A model generated the notes under the pieces. That model ran no database searches. It was not told where the DNA came from and saw nothing but the letters and a program-made list of their open reading frames with translations. This document shows, piece by piece, positions 53,401-64,000 of a stretch of 64,000 nt of DNA. The position numbers and the translations under genes are program-made. Origin of the DNA: Hormiphora californensis (lineage: Eukaryota; Animalia; Ctenophora); the NCBI GenBank assembly GCA_020137815.1, contig CM035358.1, positions 5,766,001 through 5,830,000 on the forward strand, given 5' to 3'. Within the stretch, counting starts at the first letter, position 1. The number at the start of each line of letters is the position of its first letter.

Positions 53401-54468
53401 CTAAAACACGACCATTTCTTCCAACAATTTCTTCATGTAACTCATATCTAATTGCATCCACACTACCATATTACCCTTCTCTCCCTCATACCTGACCTCT
53501 CCAAACCTCTCTGAACCTCTATCAGTGTTGACATGGACTCTACTGAAAGAAAGATCTTCAACTTTACTTTCAGGATGGGCCATCATAAGTGGTATAAACT
53601 GGTCTGCAAACACAAAGCCTCTGCCTTCATCTCTTAGCTGTTGGAGCCATGGAGTCATAAGGACGGCCTCAAACATATTATAGTACGGAGAATTGCCTAG
53701 TTTTCCCGTGTCTCTCACTTCATCAATATCACTGAAAGATAGTGTATTGGCCAGACATGCGTCCCAGGGCATAATATTGACCGTCGTGGAAGTTGAAAAC
53801 TTCTCTAGTACAAGTTTAGTGGCCAAAGGATCTTCGAAGGTGTTGAACTCGGCGTAAGGGGTGACATTTCCCTTGGAGGTAGAGGTCCCCATAATCCACA
53901 GATCCTTGACGAGTTGAGGTAAATATGGGCAAATTGAGAGGGCGTTTGCCAAGTTAGTCAGGGGACCAATAGCAACCAAACTGATTTCACCCGGATTCGC
54001 AGAAACAATGTTACAAATAGCACTAGCAGCATCCAGATCGCCCGTTTTAACAGGAACGTCGTCAGGAATAAGGTCTGGCCGGTTGTTCAAACCGTCTGCA
54101 CCGTGGATAATAGTTGTATCGTTGTTCAAGACTTCCTTCAAGTCTACAGCGTGGCTTGCTCCCTGGTAAATTGGAATAGAAGAGTTTCCTAACATGTTGA
54201 GGAGTCTCGCGGCATTCTTTGTAGACTGTTCAAGGGGGACGTTTCCAAAGACAGTTGTCACGGCAACCAATTCAAAGTTCTTCGGGTGAGAAAGGAAAAG
54301 TCCCAGTGCCATTGCATCGTCTGTGCCAGGGTCCGTGTCCAAAATAACCCGTCTAACAGGTGAACGTGAAGCAGTCATCGCTAAACGGCTCAGGCAAGTA
54401 ATGAACATAGTGGACATAAGAAGAAACAACACAGTTGAAACAAGCCTTCCGATCTGTAAGACCATCAC
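53401..54468 (-). CDS. Inosine/uridine-preferring nucleoside hydrolase family protein, single exon, hydrophobic N-terminus
   Basis: 355-aa uninterrupted ORF with DTDPGTDDA (DxDxxxDD), TTVFGN, HGADGL, AIGPLTNLA and GNVTPYAEFN motifs. Confidence 0.95.
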   Translation of the reverse strand: MMVLQIGRLVSTVLFLLMSTMFITCLSRLAMTASRSPVRRVILDTDPGTDDAMALGLFLSHPKNFELVAVTTVFGNVPLEQSTKNAARLLNMLGNSSIPIYQGASHAVDLKEVLNNDTTIIHGADGLNNRPDLIPDDVPVKTGDLDAASAICNIVSANPGEISLVAIGPLTNLANALSICPYLPQLVKDLWIMGTSTSKGNVTPYAEFNTFEDPLATKLVLEKFSTSTTVNIMPWDACLANTLSFSDIDEVRDTGKLGNSPYYNMFEAVLMTPWLQQLRDEGRGFVFADQFIPLMMAHPESKVEDLSFSRVHVNTDRGSERFGEVRYEGEKGNMVVWMQLDMSYMKKLLEEMVVF

Positions 54469-55068
54469 GAAGACGAAATTTTGAGCTTTTTTTAATTTTC
54501 ACGCGTCCGACGTGTTTTAAAAAATCAACTTTGCTTTGAAATTTCGAACGCCGCGCTCAATTTATCTGAATTGTAGAACTAGGTGCGCGCGGTTAAAGAA
54601 ATGCGGTTCATTTGTAATGCATTCGCTCCCCCCGTTAACGTTCCATTGGACTCCAATTTGGAGAACTTAGCTGGAACTGCAGTTGTTCACGAAAAACTTA
54701 GACACTTAAATAAAGAGCAAGATTTTAATATAGGAAACAAAGCAAAAAACAAAAACACAGGTTACCTCGCATATCGCTAGAATTAGAAAACTAAAAACAA
54801 ACCCAATTATATTATGTATATAACCTGTCTCAGCTGTCAGAGCATTAGCCTGACAGTGTCTCAGTCTCACACTGCAGTCCCAGCTCGTAAACTTGCTCGC
54901 AAACTTTTACCATCTTGTCTTTACTTGTTATGTTCTCACCCTCCCTTTACATTTGTTTCGGGGGCGGGGCACGCGAAACACAGTCTAGCTAGGCAAGTCT
55001 TTACTACGTTTTCCAAGTTTTGCTCATTCACAATGTAAAGCAAACTCTGAAGTTTCCCTGGCCTGCAG

Positions 55069-58000
55069 TTATGAAAGAGCAAGTTCAAGTTGGCTGTTTA
55101 AATCCTCAGCACATTCAAAAAGAGCTTGATATAGATCCTCCGCAAGAGATTCTAAACTTGTGTAGTTCGTCCGATGCTCATCAAATATCTGGAACAGGTT
55201 GTCAAAATTTAATTCGTTTTATGCCACACCAATCAATCACGACATGGGAAAATAGATCCGCTTTAATAACGGAACTTTAAATGTTTTATAACTTACTTTG
55301 TTCAGCGCAGTGAGAACGTTGTTTCGTATGGATGTACAGATGGGTTTCAAAGTGGCATCATCGCCTAGGAACCCCCAGGCCAAAGCAGGGGTTAAACTTC
55401 CCATAATTTTGTAGAATTTACCTAGCGAGTGTATGTTAGTAAAGCCTTACAATGTTGCAGTAATTGGGAACCAATTTGTTGTTCGAAGTACACAAACAAA
55501 CAAACAAATCGTGTATTTCCCACGACCCAAAATGTATTCTCGCGCATCCTTCGTTACATAATTTTGGTTTGGCGATCGCGCGCGCTCGTAACTGGCCTCA
55601 ATTCGCAAGAATCAAGCGACTGGGCACAACGTTCAACAGCAGAATACAGATCCGGACTGATATGAGACAGAGGCCGGCGGTGGCTTGTAAATAACACTCG
55701 GATAACTAGAACTAAACTTAAAGTTTTGAAGTTGTTCAAAAAAATGCGGCCACCAAACTTCCCAACTCACTGAGAAATCCGTCTGGTTTTGCTTTGCCAC
55801 TCTTAGTGGATATCATCCCCCACACGGCGGTAGACAACATACTCTTCCTCAGACCTTGTGATATCCAGCCATTGCTAATAACAGAGGTCACAGAGGCAGG
55901 AGGAGCATCGAGATCGTCGAAGGAGTCGAGGAGACAGAAATCAATTACAATGTCGTAGACATTAACACTAGACACACGCCGACCTAGAGAGATGTCAGAT
56001 TGAGAGGGAGGGGGTAGAATTGATTGAAGGCGACGGTGACGGGGGTGGGAAGAATATATTATTTAAATATTTTCCAGTTCTAAGTTTCTAATCATCCCGC
56101 TAAAAGGCCAAATCATTTTTTGTGTGACAGATAGCATGATCCGCTTCATATATTATGTATTGCTAAATTTATATTTCTCGTAGAACAGTTAAAAAGTGAC
56201 TTCTCGTGTTGTTGTTTTCGTGTGTGCGTCTCGGCTCTCCCTCCTCTGAGGGCCTTCTCGAATTTCACCACTTGTCTACCTCGTTCTCCCGCCATCCCCT
56301 GCTACTGTGAAGATACAGCAAAGAAACGACCAGCTACCGACCACCGATCTACATTCTCCAATCAGATAAGACCATTCATGTTATTGTGTTGTTCCTTATT
56401 CATTTCTAGTATAGGCTAGGGGGTGTTATAGTAGTGCTGTTTTCGATTTGGACATGTCATGGTGTTTGTTTAGTTTGTTATAGCAAGGTCACCTTTCTTC
56501 TTATTCTATTTGGTTTGTCCTTTCTTTTAGTTGTATGTGTCTTTAGTCATTTATCGGTCATCATTTCTAGTCCAGGCCGGGGACTGGAGCTTAGCTTGAT
56601 TTGGTTTTGGTGTAACAGTCTAGTTGTTTTTAGTTTTTTCTCTTTTCCCCGTTATTACTTATTACTGCTAGTTGTTAGGTAACATGTTTCAGAGCACGTT
56701 CCTGATGAGGAAAGGGTAAGGCCATGCACTCACTCCAGGACCTGGCAGAGTTTTCTGTGGGATGAGAGGGGGTGGTTCAGGGGCTCTGTTCCCCTAGTAT
56801 AGGGTCGTTCTTACCCGGGGTCAGGGCTGTTTTCTGTTCTCCCTCATAAGGGAGAATTGAGTGGGGGTTCCTGTTTTTTTTGGCAACGAGGGGCTAGTTT
56901 CGGGATGGCTGGGGTTGGATGGGGTTGTTTGTCTTCTCCCACTCGTCAAGGTCCTGTACAGGGTTCACAAGTCAGCCATACCATTTCAATCAGGTCGACC
57001 AAGGGTAAGAATTGAAAACCGATAATAATCACAAATCTTAACCCCCCTTATTGCTAGGGAGTTCATTTGCAGGGCATGCTCCCGATAAGGAGCGGTGAGT
57101 TCACTCGCTCACACTACCACAACTATCATTCTTCAGGTATCTGAATCTCGGTAATGCTCTTCCAAATTGCACAAGTCACCTCCCCATTTTTCAGTGCACC
57201 CTATTCCTTTCTCTTCTCCTTCTTCCTTTTTCTCTCCTTCCCCCTCTCTCCTTCTCTCTTTCATTTCTTTCTCCTCCCTGCTCCTTCTCTCTCTCTCTCT
57301 CTCTCTCTCTCTGGGATCCTATTAGTCTTGTATTTCATCTCTATCTGGTTCGGAACCATTTTCGGTGTTAATTGCCCTTCCTGGTCTCACGTTTCTCTTC
57401 TCTTCCCCTTCTTTCTCTATGTAGTTCCCCGGGAGATCTCCCTTATCCTTCTTTTGATAGGGTCCCAATTAGCGGGTCTGGTGTAGCTTATTTCATCCCC
57501 CTACCCTGTCCCGTCTTCCTGTGTCTATCCCTTCCTCTGTCTCTCGCCTCTCTCCCGCTCCTTTATCTCGTCTTTCTGATCTAATCAGTAGCCCCACTCT
57601 CTTTTTCCACATACCACATTATCACCTGGTTGGGCAATGGGCGACTGGCTATCGATTGGCTGGCTAGTGATTGGGCGAATCTGAATCTTCCTACCCATTC
57701 ACTAGAACAGTACCTCATGTAAAATTTGGACCTAGCGGCATCACGCACTCACCCCACGCCATAGTATTAACCTTTGCCCTCACGATCAGTATCACTCAAT
57801 ATCATTTCGCCCCTGTTTTATCCCTGCATCAGTTCCGGGTTGTAGGACAATATAGACATAAGATTGTTTATAAATGTCTAACAACCGGGAACTAGCACAA
57901 TCTCTTCCCTTCCCTTAGTTCCATTCCCAACCCCCTACCATTCACCCTTCCCACCTGTAACCAAGACCTCGCTCCAGAGGATCTCGGCTAGGCGGGGCAC

Positions 58001-61000
58001 CTTTCCCTGTTTGCTACCCCCTCCAGTTCGTCAGTCTGTCAGAACCCTATCACATGTGCCCTACGGCGCAGTTAGCGACCGTGCCCGAAACCATGACATT
58101 AACTTTGTTTGACAAAACTGCTCTGCATGTTATCGAGATTGTTAACATACACTAGTGATTAAGTGAGTCAGACAGTGCCGGTTTGAGAAAAACTGGGGTC
58201 AAACAAGGGTCAGCGTTGAGAGCTGTTACTTTCTAGTGTAACACCAACAGAGATGGTCTATTACCAAGAAAGGGGAATATGCCGCATAGAGGAAGGAAAA
58301 AAAAAAAAAAACAGTTAAAAAGTGTCCCACGAAACTACTCGCTTTCAATTTGCTCTGAACACTCTTATCTTGACACATCTCTAAATAACTCTGTCCTGTT
58401 ATACCCACCCCCCTCGAAGGTGGCTTGTGACGTCACTCCTGGGACAGCAAAACGACGATCCATATCAAGAATTAGTGTGACATGTGATCTACTTCCCTGT
58501 CAAACCCTTCCTAGATTATATTTTGGCAACTAAACTGTTTTAGTGGTTGTCAACCCTGTATCTGATCTCTCTTCCTTTAATGCACCTCTCCCTCTTCTAA
58601 ACTTGTCATTTTGGATCTGACCTCTCCCCTATCAACTTACATTCACAACACAGTATAATCTACGTCGTTCTTACCTTTCAGTTCTTCCCTTATGGCTGTC
58701 AAATTGTCTCCATTGCTTATAAACTCCAACATTTCGTTAAACGCTAAACTAAAATCTTCCGTGTTCGCTCCTGCAACTTGTAATAACTTTGCAGTGTTAT
58801 CGCGTCCTACTCGTAACATCCACTCCCGTTTTGATATGTCTTTTAGCAGCTCGTTCATTCGCCAACCTGATACCTTGAACCTGGTGAAGTAGTGATGTAC
58901 ATCAAGGTGTATTAATTGTTGAGTTGTCCAGCTTGATATAAGTTTTATTATAAGAGGGTAGGGAACGAGCTTGATGATTTAGTCTACTTATACCATTCTC
59001 TACAAAATAGTGTAGGGAAGTGGTCGAGCATACAATATGACAGGGAAGAACGCTGAACGTATGAAACTACATAGTAGGTAAGAATCGCACTACTAAAATA
59101 TGCTACAGAAGTTGCAGAGCACGGACAGTATCAGGCGACTCAACTGTAGTTCAGTAGTAAGTAGTTGAGTCGCCTGACACTGTCCGTGCTCCGCAGAATA
59201 AAACCTCTGTAGTAAAATACTGTAGGGGAGCCACAGGTAATATGGGATACCTAACAACTTTTGGCCATAATTTTTTTTCAGATGACAATAAAGTCACGCC
59301 GTCTTCATAGGTGTGTCTTATTTGGACCAGGCTAACACATTACCACCAAAATTACCCCAACGAATGCTCCACAACGGAGATCTGGCACTATCCCATATTA
59401 CCTTGAAAATTTGCAGTGGAATTTTGTTTTGGTGAAATGGGATACCCATTTTATCAAAAAATTGGTATCCCATTTTATCAAAATTCATTTTCCTAAAAAT
59501 ATGGTAACTTTAAGTCGCACTTTGCTTGGATTAAACTAGTTTGTAATGGTATTTAAGTTTGGTTTATAATTAGTAAATGGTCTGAAGGCCCTATAATTTT
59601 AGCCGGCAGCCGTGAAATCATGAAAAGTTAGGAACAAGCTACCTAATTTCTTCACCAACGGGTCCCTAAAGCCTCATTTTACACTACTAAATTCAACAGG
59701 AGGGGTAAAAGCGTGAACAGGTTAATTTCCTAGCGTGGTTCTACCTGTATATAATTTCAGACAGGTCCAAATTTTAGAAATTCTCTAAAATTTGCTAAAG
59801 AATTGGAGACCAAAGAGTTGATCGTTAACACATATAAATGTGGATAATATTTAGTAACTGCTAAACTAAGAAAGCTACACGGATACCAGAAACCTCTTGG
59901 TGTCTATAATAGAAGATTAGATTAATGAGAATTGAATAATTATATCCACACGTGTAGTCGTATTCTTCAGTTGTCATTCGGTGAATTTCTTCAGAGAATA
60001 CAAGTTTTTTCGAGTTATGAACGAAAATAGGCTATATTGATAATCGTAACTGAGAAGTTTGCGTTTAAAATGGCCGTTTAAACAGCCAAAATTTCAGTAT
60101 CCCATTTTTCAAAAACATGTTTTGGAAAAAAGGGATAGTGAAAATTTGGTAAAATGGGGTATCCCATTTCAGTAAAATAAAAGTATCCTATTATACCAAA
60201 ATCATGAGTTTCTATAATTAGCTAATTATAATTAGACACGTTCATTCTGATGCTCTGATCTCTTCAGGTATCGCTAATAAATGTCTTGCTCATAAACTAA
60301 GCCAATCGATAATTTCTAAAAGGAACAGAGACGTGTGTACCAAATGAAAAAAGTGGCCTGAATTTTTACTTTCCTTATTTTAAGATGACGAGGGTGCTAG
60401 TTTACCATCTAAACACTTCCCACCAAGGCTATAAACGGTTTCAGAACTAATCTAAGATCACTAATAAGAGTTATCAACTATTTATGAGCCTGTAACATGG
60501 CCAATCTTTTCAAAACATCGATTTCCCATTTTACCAAATTTCCCATATTACCTGTGGCTCCCCTAATAGTGGAGAACAGATCTGACTCACCTTTACTAGA
60601 TAGTCACTTGGAGTGCTTAAACCAAACTGACTATAGCGATTCTTTCTGCACGTAAACGGCTTCAGCTGATGTTGAAATAGAAGATCCTGAAACGCGTTGA
60701 AAGATCGTTTTAAATTAGGCGGGGCATCTTTATGATTTGCTTTATGACAGGGAACTTTTATAAAAATTTGGTGGACCAATAAGTTAATTGTAGTTTTCAT
60801 TTATATATAGCCAGATCTATCTAAAACCATCAGGTCGCCTGATGATTGGTTGCGTCCTAAATACAGCTGTATTATTTCGTTGTAAAACCAATTTCTATAT
60901 TCCCGGAAACGTTATAGTTTCTTGTTATGTTCTTCTCTCCCCAGTTTTATAATGCTTCAGTAGAAGAGTGAGTTAGAAGAAGTTTTCATAATAGTCAAAT

Positions 61001-61839
61001 CTAAAACCAATTCCCGGTAACGTTATAGTTTCACAATGCTGTCGTGTTTCTCTAGATTTGTCTAAATAAGGTTGACCCCCCCCCCGTTCAACTCAATCTA
61101 CCTTGTATAATAGAGGCAGATTCTCGTTGCCTGGTTTTGCTCGCTCCGTCTCATCCAACATTTCAAACGCTTCGTAAAAATCTGAGAGATCCCCAGACGA
61201 GAGAGATGCTGCCTGTAGGTGATAGTTGAAATTAATTTATGCGGCCCCGTGGTCCATTAATCTTGTAACTAGGTATCAAAACGGTTTGTCTGAGTTCCTG
61301 TAAGGAGCATATTTGGGTCTTGGGATGTATTTATATTAATTATTAAATTCTTTGTCAAATTATTACTGAGTGCTGCAGCTATTACAGTATAATGAGACCC
61401 TGTTTTTCTAATGGCCAGCACTAATTACCAGGAACCGACCGAAACAAGTAAACAACCAATCAGAACTCGTTATTTAGGTCACGTGACTGGTTATCAGCCA
61501 ATCAGGGACCAGTATTTCCTGATTCGGTCGGTTCCTGCTAATTACACAATAATTGTGCACTTACGTCCTGAAGATGTTGCACTGCTCCAGCTTCAATTTG
61601 AGGTATCAATTCCTCTGAAAATGAGACAGCCTATAACCAGTACATAACCTATTATCCATCCGAGCTTAAATCCATAATCATAAGCGTACAGCTTACATAA
61701 TCGTATAGCTTACTGACTTTAACAAATTCTCACTTTAATTTTTCGTACCGTTGGGGGCATCAAGCTCCAGAAGTTGACCCTGTAAAATGTTTTGTTCCGA
61801 GACGTTTTCTATCATAACTGTTGACCGTAGATTGAATTC
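55069..61839 (-). CDS. MIGA: Mitoguardin (FAM73) lipid-transfer protein, 5' end not located
   Basis: Exons approx. 61749-61839, 61566-61615, 61102-61212, 60591-60686, 58673-58880, 55771-55983, 55297-55421, 55069-55188. They give YDIVIDFCLLDSFDDLDAPPASV, PDGFLSKFY, PALAWGFLG and NYTSLESLAEDL, typical of the Miga domain, plus FFAT-like SDFYEAFE. Confidence 0.88.
59113..59194. repeat. Short hairpin/palindromic element
   Basis: GAGCACGGACAGTATCAGGCGACTCAACT...AGTTGAGTCGCCTGACACTGTCCGTGCTC. Confidence 0.75.
59225..60563. mobile_element. Non-autonomous DNA transposon with TA flanks
   Basis: TA-GGGGAGCCACAGGTAATATGGGA...TCCCATATTACCTGTGGCTCCCC-TA; subterminal ATCCCATTT repeats. Confidence 0.85.
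61429..61537 (+). mobile_element. 109-bp hAT-type MITE
   Basis: Perfect TSD CTAATTAC; full consensus-like copy. Confidence 0.9.
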
Positions 61840-61996
61840 CTGAAAATTAATGTTTAAATTGTAGTATGAGATGGAAAGTATTTGATTGTGAGAATGTGCT
61901 TGTTATTCGTGCGTAAATTTATGGGCTTGTAATGTCTCAGCATAAGATTATATTTGAGAGAAGATCGATAGAGAAAAGGCTGATTATAAGAGGCCG

Positions 61997-62501
61997 CACT
62001 ATGTGGTCAAAACGCGCATTTGTCCGATAGGAATCCTCCGTTTTGAGGGGTTTTGCGCGATTTTGTTAGGCGCTTTCAGGGAACGTGCACGCTTGCGTGT
62101 GTTGGCAAACACCCTGGAAATTGTGTAGCAGTTGTAGGTAATCGTCTAAAGGTCATTTTGCCACCCATAACTTGGCTGAAAGTGCGGCAGGTTTTGGACA
62201 GCACGGCATCAAAGTTCGTCCTATAGCCCAAAAACTGGCTTCTGTTCAAAGCGCAACCTAAATTTTGGTATCAAAGGAAAGCTAGGGGGCTAGAGATTAC
62301 TATGCAACCTTTCCACCGCAACCGGTCCGATGCGGTCATGTATTAAATGCGACATTTATGCTAAAAAAGCACTTGTCAGCGCTGGTTTTACACGTAAAAA
62401 CGCGCAACGAGGTTGGATCTTGGTCAAAATTGAGCGTCTACTGCGCGTTTTCTATGAAAATCACTAGATCTCGCGAGCCTATCGGACATGACCACATAGT
62501 G
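61997..62501. mobile_element. Non-autonomous Transib-type element B (diverged relative of A, opposite orientation)
   Basis: Termini CACTATGTGGTCA...TGACCACATAGTG, perfect 5-bp TSD GGCCG; shares internal blocks (GTTGCGCGTTTT, TTTTTTAGCATAAAT) with element A. Confidence 0.85.
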
Positions 62502-63123
62502 GGCCGATGAATTAGATAGAATTCGGATAGATAGACATGGGTGGAATCTCAAATTTTGACAAGTAACTAAATTGTCATTTCACTTGATCGCTCTTCGTAT
62601 GTATTTGAAATCTTGCCTAATAATGTAACACATAATTTGCGGGACCCCAACTTTCGAGTTTTAATAGCTGTTGTCGTTAATAGAAATTAAAAGAGACATT
62701 TTGACAAATTTTGGTTTTAAAACTTTATTCCTCCATTTTCCCTATATTTTCCTGATAATTTGCTTGACCAAGTATTTTCTAGTGACAGTCACGGTCATTT
62801 GTTTCCGCTCTCTTTCTTTGTAACTCTCTTCTTTTCTCTGTCTATCGCTCTCTCTTTGTGTATTACCCTCTTTCTCTCACTATATTGCCCCTATCATTTA
62901 GAGAGTCATGTCGGTCGCACTCAAAGTGGCATTTATTGGTTGTGGAGCGTTAATGCTACTCCTGATCATCATGATAGGACTACCCTTCCTGGTCCTCTAC
63001 TACGTCTAAGGTAACTTGTATATCCATATTTGGTCATCTCCATTCTCCATATATGGTCATATCTAACCACTCTCTCCACACACGTACACCTCTTGAAGTA
63101 ATGTCACACACCCACCCCACACT

Positions 63124-63768
63124 ATGTTGCTGCACATTTCGTTGCTCATCCTCCTCCTCCTACCTCATGACGTCATCACCTCTGAACACCAATCCCAGAA
63201 CCTCCTGGACTATCCCGTCATCTTGTCCTCCCAACGGACCGGGATCCACCGGACTCTCACAACCCCCGCTACAATATCCAGCACCCCCAGACTAACCCTT
63301 ACTACATGGATCTACCTCCGGGGTCACTGCCCAGAGGAGGGGAATGAGAGATGTGCGGTGATTGGGAGAGTGAATGATAGAGGAGAGAGTCAGACTCCGA
63401 CACTGTTTCTCAACAAGGAAGGAAAGTTAGTGTTCGCTTCAAGAATTCAGCCCGGAAAAGCAGCCGATTTGGTGGTATCAGGATTCACCCTTCCTCTCCA
63501 CCAGTGGCTATCAGTAATGCTGACACTGAATGGTGGAACTGTTGAAGTGCTGGTTAGGGATTCCAAAACCGCGGAGCTGGGCAAGATGGGGTATCAGTTT
63601 GGGTCTGATTTCCAGTTGGTATACGGCAGGTATGAGTGGGTTCTGGGTGGGGATCTTTGGCATCTGAGTGTGGACGGAGCGATGGGTCTCACTGATGTTT
63701 ATGTGGACAGTGTGGTGGATGCAGGGCTGATCAAGTGGCCAAACCCAATACACTCCATCTTCAAACTT
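63124..63768 (+). CDS. First coding exon of SEL1L3-like protein (signal peptide plus LamG/concanavalin A-like domain); gene continues beyond window
   Basis: Signal peptide MLLHISLLILLLLP, then TLTTWIYLRGHC, TPTLFLNKEGKL, FTLPLHQW, LNGG and WVLGG, which I recognise as resembling the SEL1L3 N-terminal domain. Ends at a G/GTAGGT donor. Confidence 0.7.
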
Positions 63769-63877
63769 GGTAGGTTACCTTGGTTACCAAACCCAATTCA
63801 CCCCATCTTCAAACTTGGTAGGTTACCTTGGTTACCAAACCCAATTCACCCCATCTTCAAACTTGGTAGGTTACCTG
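63739..63877. repeat. 48-bp triple repeat at the SEL1L3-like donor
   Basis: CCAAACCCAATTCACCCCATCTTCAAACTTGGTAGGTTACC three times. Confidence 0.92.
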
Positions 63878-64000
63878 TAAATGAGTGATGTAACATTTTA
63901 ACTGCTTCGTAAGCCCTCTCATAAAAGAGCGAAGAAATGTTTTAAGCAGACCCCTTCTAGAAACTCCCCAGTTGCAAGGACTGTCAAATAATTTCCAAGA

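Noticed and set aside
56695-56730. CTGATGAG-GAAA resembling a hammerhead ribozyme core
   Set aside because: No stem II or compatible stems I/III visible.
61411-61647. ORFs containing QEPTETSKQPIRTRYLGHVTGYQPIRDQYFLIRSVP (also 33186, 34743)
   Set aside because: Translation of the 109-bp MITE, not a protein domain.

Overview
Intron-rich eukaryotic (animal) genomic DNA. A ctenophore of the Pleurobrachia type is my inference, from recollection of the abundant 109-bp repeat; the sequence does not prove it. Six protein genes can be reconstructed by hand. On the minus strand: a two-pore channel of the TPC2 type (~1.8-19 kb), a RalGAP catalytic alpha subunit (~25.3-52.8 kb), an intronless nucleoside hydrolase (53.4-54.5 kb) and mitoguardin (55.1 to at least 61.8 kb). 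On the plus strand: a cysteine-rich single-pass receptor nested antisense in a RalGAP intron (35.7-38 kb) and the first exon of a SEL1L3-like gene (63.1 kb). Introns are packed with non-autonomous DNA transposons (hAT-, Tc1/mariner-, Harbinger-, Helitron- and Transib-type) and minisatellites. Most striking: (1) two diverged Transib-type elements whose CACTATG ends are asymmetric by exactly 11 bp, like the 12/23 spacers of V(D)J recombination signals; (2) recurrent tandem amplification of splice junctions, including ~25 in-frame donor sites encoding CxxC repeats; (3) RFX X-box-like palindromes concentrated next to splice sites. Exon coordinates were read by eye and may be off by a few bases.
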